Both the position numbers and the translations under genes were made by a program. A stretch of 64,000 bases of DNA from Bispira polyomma (taxonomy: Eukaryota), in assembly GCA_965649765.1 (NCBI GenBank), contig OZ287755.1, positions 31,620,001 through 31,684,000 of the forward strand. Direction: 5' to 3'. Every line of letters starts with the position of its first letter. Position 1 is the stretch's first letter. Below, piece by piece: positions 1 to 13,742 of the stretch. The notes beneath the pieces are model-generated. The model saw only the letters and a list, made by a program, of their open reading frames with translations, was not told the DNA's origin and made no database searches.

Positions 1-1612
1 TGGTTAAAAACTGACGAAAAACTATTAGAAGTAGATACAACCATTTAAATTTGTTTTTTGTGTTCTCATGTAATGTTTTAGGTATGCACCCAGTTGACTC
101 AATGTTGACAAGTCGGGCCTGTCTTAGGCTGCATTCTGCCTTTGCTGCCTCTACAGCTAGATCCTACGACAGTATGGTTAAGATCTTTGTCGCCTTTGGG
201 GCGTTCATGGGCTGGCCCCCCACTCAGGTGAACGTATTTAGAATCTTATCTTTTCTAGAATTTTTGAACCACAATTCAGTGTCGTCGGCTCAAATAGTAA
301 ATTACTTGTCTGCAGTGAAGGAGAAATGTATTTTGTATCACATATGTGTGGACTGCTTTGCAGATCCCAGAGTTTCTTATTTTAATCATGCTCTGGCAAT
401 CAATAGACCTCTCCAGGTAAAACTCAAAAGTATTTTTGATATCCCTCTATTGACAGCTTTAATTGCAAAATGTGACTGTACCTATATGGGTCAAATTTTC
501 AAGGCCGTGTATTTGACCAGTTTCTTCACTTTTCTCAGATTGTCTAACCTTTGTCCCCACTCGGTGGCCTCATTCTCTCCCTTAAAACATTTAGCAAGAG
601 GAGATGTTTTATTCAAGCCAGGCTATGTCATGCTACTTATTAAGTGGTCCAAGACAAAATTCGATTAAATTGTTGACCATTCCAGTAATTCCGAACTCCA
701 TTCTATGTCCTGTGGCAGCCTTAAGGAATGTTTTAGCCTTGACTCCCCCTGGTAGTAATGCACCTCTCTTTCAGTACAAAGCGGGCAGCTCTTGGGGGGC
801 CTTGACTGACACTCATGTCAGACGTCATCTGAAGAATGTTCTTCAGCTGCTGGGGTGCCAGGCCTCGAATCTGACCTTCCACTCCTTCCTACGTTCAAGT
901 GCCACGTTTGTGTTTAACAATAACGTCAATGTTCAGGATGTTCAACGTCATGGCACCTGGACGTCGGATTGTGTGTGGAGGTATATTACTGATTCTTCTT
1001 TGGCTGGCTCTCAGGTGGCGGATTCGTTCAGGTTGGCACTACAGTCTAACTCCTAGGTCTCTTGGGTTTGGTGGTCTGGTTTGTATGATCAGCTGGAAAA
1101 CAAATAACATGTATAAAGTTCATGTCTAATAAAATATAAATCTGGGCAGTGGAGACACTGCCTCTCCTTGGGCATAAGGTCAACCTATACTCAAGTACAT
1201 AATGTACTCATTTGTAACATTTTGATCATTACACATTTTGGGTATGCTTAAACTCAACCTAGGGCCAACATATGGTCCCCTTATCTCGCATACCCTCTAA
1301 ACTTAACAGTTTCTTAATCTCAGGTTAGGGTCACCTTATGCTGACCCTAATCCTCCTTAAGTTATGGTCACCTTATCTTCACACCTTTTCAAGCTCAGTT
1401 TAAGGTGACCTTTATTTCAAAATTCTCCAATTTGAGGTGACCTTATGGCACCCTTAAATCCAAATGTAATTACATTTAGGTTGACCTTATGCCCACAGGC
1501 AAGCTGAAACTGTACATATATAAAAAAGTAGTCATTAACATGCTAGTCATTAATAAAATATACCGCAAAGTCGTTTCAGTGTGTTACATTCTAGATTAAG
1601 GTAAACTAGGGA
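1..1612 (+). mobile_element. YR retrotransposon E1 (DIRS order, Ngaro-like), 3' part: RNaseH tail, YR, B-type 3' region
   Basis: RNaseH tail WLKTDEKLLEVDTTI* (1-48) matches the E4 pol end; YR follows. The 3' region has TTGGGTTTGG, GGTSACCTT repeats and AATAAA..ACCGCA like E2-E4. Right end approximate. Confidence 0.9.
82..1056 (+). pseudogene. tyrosine recombinase of E1, frameshifted near 660
   Basis: FLRLSN (catalytic R), KWSKT, HSFLRS (HxxR), HGTWTSDCVWRY; split over ORFs 51-668 and 604-1056. Confidence 0.9.
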
Positions 1613-1639
1613 ATTAATTTAACTTTCAACCCTGAGTAA

Positions 1640-3020
1640 CTGATAAACACAGGTTAATCAATTTGGTGATAGAAGGTGCAAGAATTTCAATGCAATCCTT
1701 GATAAGGAAAGTAGGCATAGGATCCAGGCTACATGATTTTGTTGGTGATTTTGTTGAACATTAATTTCTTGATGTAGTCAACACCAACTTCAGTAAAACA
1801 GGTGAAGCAGACATGAGTTGTTTGAAGAGACTCAGTCTTATGACTATCAGAAAAACTACTTCGAATGAGTTCTATTTTCTCTTAAAAATACTTGCAAAAC
1901 ATTTTTGCAACTGAAGTATCTGAATTGCAGTCGGGCAGCTTTCATGAAGTATACCATTCAATACATACCAGAGGGCCTTAGGGTCATTAGAGTTTTTTTA
2001 ACAATTCCTGAGTAGTAATTGGCTTTATTAATGAGAACATTGCATCTGTGAGTTAGCTGCCTTAACTTTGACTTGTATAATGCAGATAATGTAGGATTCT
2101 GCAGATTCTTACGCCAGAGTCTTTCATATACTGGCGGCGCAAACACTTTGCATTCAGGTACTCATCAGTGATCCAGGCAGGGGTAGCTTTCTTAAGTGAC
2201 TAAGCAATCACTGGGGTATGTTTGTCTGTGACATCTGACAGAGATTGTACATATTGGTCGTACAGTGTTGTAGGATCATCAGAAGGAGCCGTAACAAAGC
2301 TTGTATTTTTTAAGTCAGCTCTAAATGAATCCATATCAATTTTGTGATATTGACGGAAATGAACCTCATAAGCTACTTTATTGTGGACATAGTCACAGTC
2401 TTAGTTTCAGACAGTTGAAAAATGATCACTAACAAAAGCATTTTGCCGTACTTCGGAGAGACTTCGGAGATTATAGTAAAATCTAAAGTATGGCCATGTA
2501 TATGTGTTGGAAAGTCAACTAATTGATTGCGATTGCATGATGCGAGTAATGATTTAAACTTTTGGCTATGTTGGGTATCAGTATCATACTGAAATCGCTG
2601 ACTATGACGAAGTCGGATTTGAATGTTGACAGGTAAGTAACTAGTCCCATGAATTAATCCAGAAAAAGCGGGAGGATCTAGGTGGTCTGTAAAGGACAAT
2701 GATGTTGACCAGGGACTGGGGACCAGTACAGAAACAATAATATGTTCAAAAGTTTTTGCAGGAAAGGCTTCTAGCCGCTTTACACTCAAGGTGTTCCTGA
2801 CAAGTATTCCAAAACCCCCACCAGGTGCATGCTTATGAGGAATATGATCGAGAATATAATTAGCAGGCGTGAGGTCATTTAAAAGTGCAGGAGTATCGTT
2901 GGGTTTTATATGGGTCTTCGTGATCCCGAAGATGTCACAGCTGGTACTGTTTAAAAAGTCCTCAACAATCGGACCTTTGTTTCGAACAGAGTGGCAGTTC
3001 ACATGTCCCAGAGTTATTGG
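1640..3020 (-). mobile_element. degraded non-LTR retrotransposon (L2/CR1-like) ORF2: AP endonuclease and linker
   Basis: ORF 2373-3002 has NCHSVRNK, GGGFGI and QLVDFPTHIHGHTLD (APE motifs); ~1660-1735 reads SCSLDPMPTFLIKDCIE, typical of the pre-RT linker. Confidence 0.85.
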
Positions 3021-4049
3021 TCCGGGATTTATGGCAATATGAAGCCAGGATTTTGCAGGAATTATGCGAATTCAGCATATATTTGGTGTAAATTTAAATA
3101 AGAGGTCACGGAAATGACAAAAATGCGACTCTCCTGGTAAACGCTTAATGCTTAGATATCCTACATGATTGTAAATACAGCGCATCTCCAGGGAATACTC
3201 TGGAGATCTAACTGCAGATGACACATTTCTGCAATTTCATCATCTGTATCACTGACGCTTACTGAATATGTTTGTTTTGGCGTCTGATTCTTTATGCGAT
3301 CAGGTATTTTTAGCCATATAATTAATTTACTTGTAAACGAGAATTAAATAGTCAATTTATACAATGCGTATAATAATTTTATTTCTGTTTATAAACACTG
3401 CAATTTTTTAAACTCGCGTACTCAATAGGCTTTTTTGATTATTTAATGTGTAATAACATACAAGTTGTGGCCCCTCAGTTAAGATGCTCTTATATTTAGA
3501 GAAAAGGCTTTGAATAGCAAATACTCGGTCATATTGCTTGCTTCCTGTTAATGGATATTGATAGGAGTTTTAAGAGAAAGGCAGTTTAGAATGAGAATGT
3601 CTTACAAGACAGTTTAAGTTTTTCTTTATCTGTAGTTAGAAGTTTATAGGAGGCATTGGAGATAGGAAATTAGTAGAGAATTATGTTTCAGATTGATTTG
3701 CTTATTATTGACTACTTGCATTTATTTTAATGATTACCAACTATCGCCAGTAGCCGATGGTCTAAACATTTTTTTTCAATGATATGGTCCAAAATTGTTT
3801 TGAAAATCTCAACACAAAATATATATTATGTAACTGTTAGCTGAATAACTTTTCAGTTTCATATATGAAATCCTTTGTATCTACATGCTAAACTATGATT
3901 TAAGGTGTGTGAGGCTATGTGAGGCTGTCAGAACAGCGTGTCAAATTATTATGATATTTAACTCATACGTAGACTGTTAAGAGCATATATCCAAAACAAA
4001 AACTCTTCTAAACCTAGCAAACTAGAAAATGGTATGGTTTCCATTGTCT

Positions 4050-7000
4050 TGCTCTTTTGCCAAAACAGCTTCTTTCTGGCCTTATTGATTGATTCCTGGT
4101 TACTTGTTTTTTCAGAGAAGATGACTGTCTACCATTCTAGAAGCTAGAAGCAAGCATCGTCAACATCCATTTGATAAAACGCTTTTGTTGCTATTTGACA
4201 AAGGCTTCAGTAACTTCTGGGTAGGAACTACATGCATTCCATGCCATTCTCTTACCTTTTTCCCAAACACGCAGACACTGTATCATATCCAGAGAAGCTG
4301 TGGAAGGCAAGAAGCCCTATCCAATTTGATACTCAAAGATCCTAAGCAATAGCATTCACATGAAAATTTTCGCCTGTTCGAAAAATATATATGCAGTAAG
4401 ACTGGGCAAGAAGCTAGTGGAACTTCTCAACCAGGATGACAATCACATCTGTGTATACATTATGGACTGCACAGGTTGAAAATCCGTTTTGCATTGCATG
4501 TTTTACGTGAACATTGATCCTAGTGTCTGCTTCTTTATGGTCATATGGGAGCAAGGGGTAACTGCACCTGTTCACTTTCGGCCAGCAGTTATAACCACTT
4601 CCTTACAATTAGAGAAGTTGTGTTTGCAACTATACTTTAGAGAAATGTGAAAAAAGCTTCTTTCTTTTGTTCATCAAGCAGAATGTCTTGCCAGTTACTA
4701 GGAAGTTTTGTATTAGTTGCTACCTTTCTTCTGATGCCTTTGCTTTGTTTTTCCCATTTTAAAGCTTTGATCCTTTATGAAAAATAAACATCTCCAATGA
4801 TGTCAACTCTAGTGCATGTCTCTAATTGCTTCAGAATGTGGGACAGACAGACATCCTTTGCATGGTTGTAAATGTTGTAAAATTGACTGTGGACAGTAGC
4901 TGTACAACAACATGATCCCTGATTATGGCATGAACGGAACAGGGTTGCTCAGTTTGCGTGTCAACGTCAAGGCAGGCTAGTAAATTAGCTTTCTTGCCCT
5001 GGTGGATGATTTTCATGTTAAAAGAATGCATCTATATCACTGTCCTGGTGTTGCATTACAATATAGAGCTGAGAGAAGATGGCTACATCAATTCTGAGCT
5101 TTGATGTACACTCTGATTGTTTGCTCTTTACCTTAGGTGTTGACAGTTTGAACAGTGAAAATGAGTTCTGTTTGATTGACTCATGAATTGATGTGCGTTC
5201 AAACAATGCTGATTGTAGTAGTGATTGTACTGGTCAACACCAAAGTTTTTCACTGTTTGTATAGTGGTGACAACAGACTTATCCATGTAATCCTGTGTAT
5301 CCAACTTCAAGAGTTCTGTTGTGTCATCCATCAAAAGATTTCCCATCTCATAGGTACTGATGAGGTCTCAAGTTTGTTGCTTGAAGGTTTTCTGTGTTGA
5401 CATACCTTCATGATCACTTGCTGACATCTTCTCTGTAAAGGTACTCGTCCTCAAACTCCGGCAGGCTCTCCATGTCTCTGATAGGTACAGGAATTTGATG
5501 ATTAAATGCAAAGAACCAACAAACCAATGCCTTCAGACACTCCACATACAAAGCAAATTTTTGATCTCTATACACCCTGACAAAATGAGTCCTAACAACG
5601 TCATGTTCGAGATGGTACTCCAATACTGAAAAGTGGGGAATTTCTCTTTTGTCAATTGATGAATTTTTTTGAACTGGGATATTTAACGTCCACTCTAGTA
5701 CCTGTTCAGGTTGTATTGGGACGGGTAGTTAGAAACACTGGAGGAAACACTACATACAGTTGATCAAGGTTCTGCACTGAAACCAGCGGCCCACAGTAAG
5801 GAACTACCACCTTTTTTCCATAGACATCCGTGGGAGTTGAACCAATGCCAGCCGATCCCAGAGATGAGAGACCAGTGATTGTGAAGCATAATGTTTGATA
5901 ACCACTAAGCCACCTCGACCCCCCAGTCAATTGATGAGCTTGACTTGTCCTTGTCAGATGGGCGGCACAGAGAAAGGAATCAGCTCTGCTTGGAGGTGAG
6001 ATCCCTTCCTGCGCTAATGCTGCTGAACCTTGAGGTAGTGCCTGAAAAACACAGTGCCAGCTCAGTATGGAGACCATCTAACATTATGACATAGCTTTGT
6101 TCTCCATGTGTCTGAGTCCAGTGTCACTGGATATACTTTGCCAGGTCGTAAAGTCAAGCATCCACTGCAATTACTGGTATTTGTCCAGGGTTGAGGAATT
6201 CTGTAGCTTCTTGATGGATGTCCATTCCATGTTTTATCACAGCTGCTATTGCAGCCTTCTCACTGAAGAGAGGTTAGGTAGTGTCAGCGTTGTCAGCAGT
6301 CTATCTGATGTGCCGAGTCACTTAGCATGATAGGCTGACCAAGCCACAGTGTCACCTTTGTTCAAACATTCTGCATTGATGAGTTTTATAGCATGCTGCA
6401 ACCAACAGTTTTTATTCTGTCCTAGCTTCATCAATGTTGATTATACTGTTGAAGTTCTTTATTTAGAGGAGCAACACTAACCTTTTTTTTCAAGGCAAGG
6501 CATATTTTGTCTTTTTATTGGGTAATTTGGTGGTTATTAAGTCAAGGTTTGTTGTTGTTGGAAATTGAAGTTGTCTAGGGTTCCGACAGTAATTAGACCA
6601 TGTCGTAGTTTAGAGGGGCAGACTACACCTTCCTTTTGTGTTTGCTTTCAGACCGATGTGACAATTTACTCTTCTACTTGTTTGGTCATAGCTGACGCTT
6701 GGAGCAATCTCATACAGTTGAATAATCAACCTTTCTTATCTGAATGTTGTGTGGATGCTCAAACATAGAGCGAGAATAATGGTTGGTAGTCCAAGGAGTG
6801 ACGGGATGTACATGTACTTGCTGTAAGCTGTAACAAGATAGACTGAGAGATAGTGAGATCTTTTTGTGAATCTAACAGCTCTTGGTCTTTTAAATTTACC
6901 CCATTCAAAAGCATAGAGTCAAGCAATTTCAGATTAGCAGGTAGTGACTTCTTCTGACGTTCATCAAGAAAAGAACCATGAAATGGTTGCCGATGCGATA

Positions 7001-7260
7001 TTGATATACAATGTCTTACTATGTTTGCAGCTTTTTGCAGGAACAGTAACATCATTTTCATAGTTTAAATTGAAAGATTGTTTCAACATTTGCTGCATGC
7101 TATTTGGAAAGATGATAATGACATTTTTTCTATCATTTTGCTCCTGTACGTACTGGAAAATGTGCCAAAATCTTCTCCTTAAAGAGAACTTTGTTTTAGT
7201 GATGAGGTGAGCTAAGTGACTAAATCTGCCATATTAAAGTACAACTTAAGACACATACCT
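4050..7260 (-). mobile_element. Academ(X)-like DNA transposon relic (large ORF with XPG/PIN-like nuclease), pseudogenised
   Basis: Minus-strand fragments EADTRINVH..TDVIV, FHSFSGYDTVSA..GKGKRMAWNA, FSQLYIVMQ..DIDAFF and NLKLLDSMLLNG. Superfamily assignment is from motif recognition only. Confidence 0.6.
5663..5925 (-). mobile_element. tRNA-derived SINE family 1 (Meta/MESC-like core), full length
   Basis: A/B-box-like head and A-rich tail; 12-bp TSD GTCAATTGATGA at 5651-5662 and 5926-5937; homologous to the copies at 7.7, 36.3 and 47.9 kb. Confidence 0.9.
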
Positions 7261-7675
7261 AGCTGTCTTAAAATTAAATCCTTTGCTAAGTCTGATACTG
7301 GCTTAAGTTAGTGAATTAGTACTATTTAGCCATTTTTTTTATAAAAAGACCTTTCATGAATATGGGCCCTGGACCAGATTATCTACTACTAGTAATAGTA
7401 GGTAATCATTAAAATATATATAAGTTGTCAATAATAGGCTAATTAATATGAAACATAATTGTCTAATAATTTACTAACTAGTTATGCCTTCTATGAACTT
7501 CCTTCCAACTGTGATATTTTAGAAGTTATCCAAGTAAAGATGGTTGTCAATGTCACTGTGAATGACCCGTTTTAATAAAAAAATGCGATTTTTCGTTTTT
7601 TGGCAATAAAAACTGAAAAACGAATCAGATTAAATGCCTCCCACCCCAAATCCATTGCTTATGGTCTAATGAAAC

Positions 7676-7876
7676 TTTGAATTTGAATTTGGATATTTAA
7701 CGTCCATTCTCTAGTACCTTTTAGTAGGTTATATTGGGATGGGTAGAAACACTGCATACAGTTGGTCAAGGTTCTGCAGAGAAACCAGCGGCCCACAGTA
7801 AGGAACTACCACCTTTCCCACATAGGCATCAACGGGATTCGAACTCACGCCGCCTAGAGGTGAGAGACCAGTGAAT
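7676..7876 (-). mobile_element. SINE family 1, 5'-truncated
   Basis: B box GAGTTCGAATCCC, shared core, (TTCAAA)n tail. Confidence 0.85.
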
Positions 7877-7959
7877 GAAACAATAAAAAAATAGTGCTTT
7901 TGTCCAGTCGTTCCCCTTCTTTCAAAATTTTGATGCTAAACTGCCTGACTATTATAACT

Positions 7960-8490
7960 TCAACAATGCTTAATTTAATTTACTTGTCTTTGTGTCTTAA
8001 ACAAAAGTACCATAAAACATCTATAAAATGTGACAAGCCTTAACAGTTCTTGCACTTTTTTCCCAAGCAGAAAACCTTTTGCTTTTGTAGACACTAAATG
8101 TATCATTGTTGATGGTTTAATTGATCTTAGTCGATTTTTGTTTTGTCTTTATTAGGTTTTTAACTTCAGTGTCAAACTGAACTTATCTAAGAAATCATGC
8201 AAGAATCATTTTAATATTTTTCGACCTTTCCTTTATAGTTTAGCATTCTGTGATATTTATGGTGTTATTCTAAATATCTGAATATAATTTTCTCATACGA
8301 AAGGTTTGACACTTTTGCAAGGAAGTAGTGATCCTTAATGTCTAGCTCTTTTAATGGGAACACATCACTGTTAATATTGATGTGTCATGAAGTTGTTGAA
8401 CCTTTCTTACTACAACCCCAAAAAACTATCTTGCGAATAAAAATAAATTATTTTGCTACATTTTCCCTTTACATTTTGTCTCTTATGTTA
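7960..8490. repeat. diverged segmental duplicate of ~31650-32195
   Basis: Colinear blocks such as GATGGTTTAATTGATCTTA and AATGTCTAGCTCTTTTA in both places. Confidence 0.75.
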
Positions 8491-8926
8491 AATCATATTT
8501 GAACATATTTGATTATTGTAAACATTTAACTTCATGGCCTACAAGTTAGCTGCAAAGATGTTAAATAAGACATGTATTTGCAATTATCCTTTATAAAACC
8601 TTGAAAGCTAAAGTTAAATCCAGAGAAAACTGAATTTTGCTTATTATCTCTAAAACACAAAGGTGTAAATGTTTTTTATCATTCTGCAACTCTTCTTATC
8701 AGAAACAATGGTGGGCTGACGCCTCGGTGTCAGCCCCCTCATTTCTGGTACCAGGTCACTGGGGATCGCAATTAGGCCACCAGGGGTCAGGGGGCAGATA
8801 TAAAAGGTTTTGGCGCCAAGCAAGTGCCATCATTATTACTTTGAGAATAGACCTATCAAGAGTGTTTTACAAGTGGGGCTTTTACTAGCCTACATATTGT
8901 TTTTAACTGATTTTAATTTAAAGTGC

Positions 8927-9973
8927 ATGATGTCTAAGAAGGAATTTCAGTGCAGTGCATGTATGGGCAAACATGAGCGCCCAGTGGGAAAAAATGTCGT
9001 TATGTGCTGGGGCATGGCGTCGCCGATGAAGTAACCACAGTTTGTCATGCTACTACCCCTGAGATGTCGGATACAGTGTCCAGTTTAATCTTACAGCAGC
9101 TTCAGTCTCTCAATGAGAAGATAGATAGCATGGACCAACGTTTGCAGGTTACAGAGGCAGCGCTGTGCTCACCCAGCGCCAATAATTTGTCAAATGTTAC
9201 TGTAGCCAGTACTGCTAGTACCAGTATCGCCAATAGTGTTGCTAGTAATCCAAGTAAAAATGTAGCTAGTAGTGTTTCTGAACCAGCCGTCGAGGCAGTA
9301 GTCCCCTCCTTAGATTTTCTTAGATCAAATGAAAACCTTCAGTCTCAGGTGGATCAGCGCCTACTGCAGTTGCAACAATTAAATAAGTGGGCAGGAGGTA
9401 AAATTAAATCTCAACGTGGGGGTGTTGATGCACCTATAAAAGGGCTGTAGACTGGCCCCAGAATTTCGTTTTATCAGGAACAAAAAAGACCACACCCACC
9501 TATGACGATTTATCTCTAGTCCAGTTTACATCTGGTTTCATACGTTGTGTGCAAGAACAAAAGGTCCCAGCCATGCGAGAAGCTATGCTCGAGTATTTGG
9601 CTAATCTTATGGATGATGCCCATCATTTTTCATGGGAAGCAGCCAAGGCCTCACACGCAATTCTCTTAACAAATATGGAACTTGATTGTCTTAAATGGAC
9701 AGATGTTGATAAGATTGACCTCATACGTCGGGCTCATGCCCAACGCCACCTTACTTTGGGTGCCAGTGGCTCTGTTTCTAAAAAGTCGAATGGTGCCTCT
9801 AAGAGTAAGATACAGCTTAAAAGCCAAGGCGTGAACTGCAGGTTCTTCCAAGAAGGCACCTGCAAGTTCAATGCAAGTCATCGTACTTCGGATCAGTTAT
9901 TCAAGCATGTCTGTGAGAATTGTGAGGAGGCCATCAGACAAAACTGTGTACTAAAAAGAATGTAAAAAACTAA
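8927..9973 (+). pseudogene. gag-like ORF1 of E2, frameshifted
   Basis: N-terminal CSACMGKHERPVGK zinc motif, coiled-coil-like segment, WPQ, WEAAKASHA, RRAHAQ, C-terminal Cys/His fingers. Confidence 0.8.
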
Positions 9974-12454
9974 GGGGCCACTGCAGTAATGCAGTGGCAG
10001 ATAGAAAAAGGTTACAAAAAGTCTACTCTAGAGTTGTGTATAATTCAGCATTTACTGATTTTAATCTGTGTGAAAAGGTGTGTTTTAATCATGTATCAAG
10101 TGTGTCAAAAGGTCTTACAGGGACGTGGTGTTGGGAAAAGCTGTTTCTGACAAAATAAAACAAGAAGGTCCTGTGAGCGATGTTGGGAATAATGAAAGGC
10201 AGGCTCTTTCTTTGGAAGTCAAAACGAGAACTTTCAGTAAAACAAAGGGTGCCAAACTGAAACATGTAAATAAGCCTTTACATTCTCCCAGGTCGCACAA
10301 TGGAAACTTCTGTGCCAACAAACCCAATTTATGCTCTATTGTTAGCAGGACTAACAACGTGTCACAAGTTGCCAAAGCCGAAGCAAACAATAAGTGTCAA
10401 AAAGCCCCTCCCCCAAAAAGGGGGGGGGGGTTCTTTGTCCCCAAATGTAAAACCAACTAACCTGGAACAAGGTGTCAACAACCAAAGTGATTTCCAATTA
10501 CCCGTTTACAATAGATTTGCATTGTTAGACTCCCCTAGTGTACAGGCCGCGGAAACTATTGTCTCTGCCCCCGTGGTTGATGGCAAATCTTGTCAAAAGC
10601 CTCCAAATAAACAAAAACGTACAAGAAACACTCAAGTGAATACTTGCGACGATAAATATGCATTGGAAGTGTACAAATGTCCCGATAAAAGACAGCGTCT
10701 AAATAGTGCCAAAAACTGCGATACCTACAAGTTGTGGGATATTCAAAATAACGGGAAATGTGGTTTTATTCCACTTAGCTCGTGGGGTGTACCCATTCAA
10801 AATGAATCACATAACAAGGTTACTATGGACGTGTTCACTTTACATAAGCGACTAAAACAAGATGGGCGGTCCAATTACAGGGGACTACAAATACCGGTGA
10901 TTACACAGTTGAATGCCCTAGTGTGGGAGAAACTGGGTATTGGGATTGGGAACTCCCTTTACTCATAAAATTTGGTTTCCCCCTTGATTGTGACGAGGAA
11001 CACGTCTTTCACTCTGACCTTGATAACCATTCTTCAGCTACTCAGTATCCAGATCATGTGACTTACTATTTTAAAGAGGAATGTAACTTTGGGGCCATAT
11101 ATGGCCCATTTGCAATTCCCCCAATTGATAAAGTACATACTTCTCCTTTCATGACCAGGGACAAGTCGAGTTCGATTAACCGATGAGTTATCATTGACTT
11201 AAGCTGGCCCCTCGTACATTCAGTTAATGCAGCAGTGTGTCCTACCATGTACTTAGGAAAGGAATTTATACTCCCTTATTCTTCTATTGATACAATCACT
11301 GAGCAGGTACTTGTCATGGGGAAAGGTTCCTTAATCTTTAAAGCTGATATAAGTCGCGCTTTTAGACATGTGACAATAGATCCGAGAGATATTAATTTGC
11401 TGGGACTGTACTGGGATGGTTATTACATAGACGGCTCGCTCCCGTTCGGTTTTAACACGGTTCGGCCATTTTCCAGCGAATTTCGGATGGAATAAGGTAT
11501 ATAATGCAGGGTGAAGGTCATCAGATTACGAACTACATCAACGATCTCCTTTGCTGCTCAGTACCTACAAAAATCTACAAAACCTACAATAGATTGCAGG
11601 CTCTATTAACCGAACTCGGTCTGACCTTGAGTAAGAACAAACTGGTTCCCCCTGCTACACAGGTTACCTGTCTGGGTATTGTTATAGATACTGTGGAGTT
11701 CACCACCTCCATACCAGAGAAGAAATTACTAAATATCCACACCACTTGTGATAGCTGGGCAAACAAAACATTCTGTACTAAACGTGAACTCCAGTGCCTA
11801 CTAGGTTCTCTCTTATATATTTCAAAATGTGTGAAATACTCCATGTTTTTTCTCAATAGGATGCTCCACCTCCTCCGAAGCAACCACAAAAATAAGTCAA
11901 TCAAAATTAACCCCGAATTCAACAAAGATCTCAATTGATTTAGAACCTTTCTTACCAAATTCAATGGGGTTTCCTTTTTTCAACACAAACCCATTACTGC
12001 TATTATAGAATTAGATGCCTGCCTTACTGGTATGGGAGGTATTTATGACAATCAAGTATACACCCTATCTGTACCTTTTGAAATGCAACAACTAAATATT
12101 GCTTCTCTAGAAATGTTTAACATTTTGGTAGCTCTGAGGTTGTGGGGTGTGCAATGGAGAGGTCGTGCAGTATTAGTACAGTGTGACAACCAGGCTGTGG
12201 TTAGTACTCTCACCCATGGCAGAACACGAGATGAGACTCTAGCTCTATACTCTAGAAATATTTTCATGACAGCCAGCCAATATGATGTGGAGCTGAAAGT
12301 AATACATATCTTAGGTGAAGACAACTCCACTGCTGATCTACTGTCATGATGGACCAACTCTCAGCAGAATTATACTCGCTTACATGAACTTGCAGGTCCA
12401 ACTCAGTGGTGCTCTGTTACAAATGATCACCTCAAAGTAGATGAAAATATATAA
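9964..12454 (+). pseudogene. pol (spacer, RT, RNaseH) of E2
   Basis: SPFMTRDK, KADISRAFRH, LPFG, YIND (YxDD site), ELDACLTGMGG, LEMFNILVA, CDNQAVV; several stops and frameshifts. Confidence 0.9.
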
Positions 12455-12498
12455 TTAATATAGCATTAGTGTCTTCCTTGTAGTTTCTATTTTTACAG

Positions 12499-13471
12499 AG
12501 AGCAACCCGGTTCAGCAGTCACTATACAGACATGCCACTGCCAAACTACACCTGGCTTTCTGTAGATCTACTGACAGGTCCTACAACTCAATGTATAGAT
12601 GATATCATGCCTATGCTGCCTTCATGGATTTTCTAGTGGATCAGGTGACTGTGTTTGACCTCCTTGCTTTAATTCTGTAAAACCTGCTTTGATGGCCAAT
12701 TATCTTTCTGCTATTAAGGCTAAGTCTATTGTCAATAATGTCTCCATTCTGGCCTTCAGTGACCCACGCATTGCTTACTATCAAAAGGCTGTCCAGATGT
12801 CGGCCCCTCTCCAGGTTAAACTGAAAAAAATTATAGATATCCCCACTTTGGGTCAAATTGTAAGACTTTCACTCACCACTTACATGGGACTGGTGTTTCG
12901 AGCTGTATACCTAGTTAGCTTCTTTTCTTTTTTACGCCTTTCCAATCTTGTTCCCCATGCTGTCCACCTTTTTTCTCCTTTAAAACACCTAGCACGTGGG
13001 GACGTTATGTTTCATCCTGATAAGGCTGTACTATTCATTAAATGGTCAAAGACCGTGCAGAATAATAAACAAATCAAATTAATCACCATCCCCTGTCTCA
13101 TGCCCCATGCCCTTTGCCCTGTGAGGTCACTTGAGGATATTATGGCTATTTCACCTTCTGGTGTTAACCTTTCTTTATTCCAGGTAAAAGTCAGCCAGAA
13201 GTGGGTACCTCTAACTGACACTAAGGTACGTCGTCATTTCACAGATATTCTTACCAGACTGAATCTTAAAGAGTCTGGACTTACCCTACACTCTTTCGGT
13301 CGTTCAGGTGCCACATTTGCCTTCAATAATGATGTTAGCATTCAAAATACACAAAACCATGGCACCTGGACCTCGGATTGCGTGTGGCGGTATGTCATCG
13401 ACACTGTTGATGCCGGCAACCAAGTGGTTGACACCTTTAAGCGTCAACTTACAGTCTTCCCCTTTCCTTAA
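12499..13471 (+). pseudogene. tyrosine recombinase of E2
   Basis: FLRLSN, KWSKT, HSFGRSGA, HGTWTSDCVWRY; N-terminal part has a stop and a deletion. Confidence 0.9.
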
Positions 13472-13606
13472 GCCTTTTTTCTTATACCCCTACCTTTTGG
13501 GGTTTGGCTGATTGTCATATGTAAATGATTTTACAGCTGTAACTTACTCAGCTAATTCACTTATTACTCATAAAGTATATGTAGATACTTCTAAAGCTCA
13601 CTTTAA

Positions 13607-13742
13607 TAAATTACGTAACTCGCTAGTCATAAACTCAGTAACTTAACTGTAATTACGTAACTTGTTAGTAAGCAATAAAATCAGTAACTTAACTGTAATT
13701 ACGTAACCTGCTAGTCATAAACTCAGTAACGTAACTGTAATT
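13607..13742 (+). repeat. ~3 tandem copies of a ~42-46 bp unit in the E2 3' region
   Basis: Unit AATTACGTAAC..CTAGTCATAAACTCAGTAACTTAACTGT is repeated. Confidence 0.85.
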
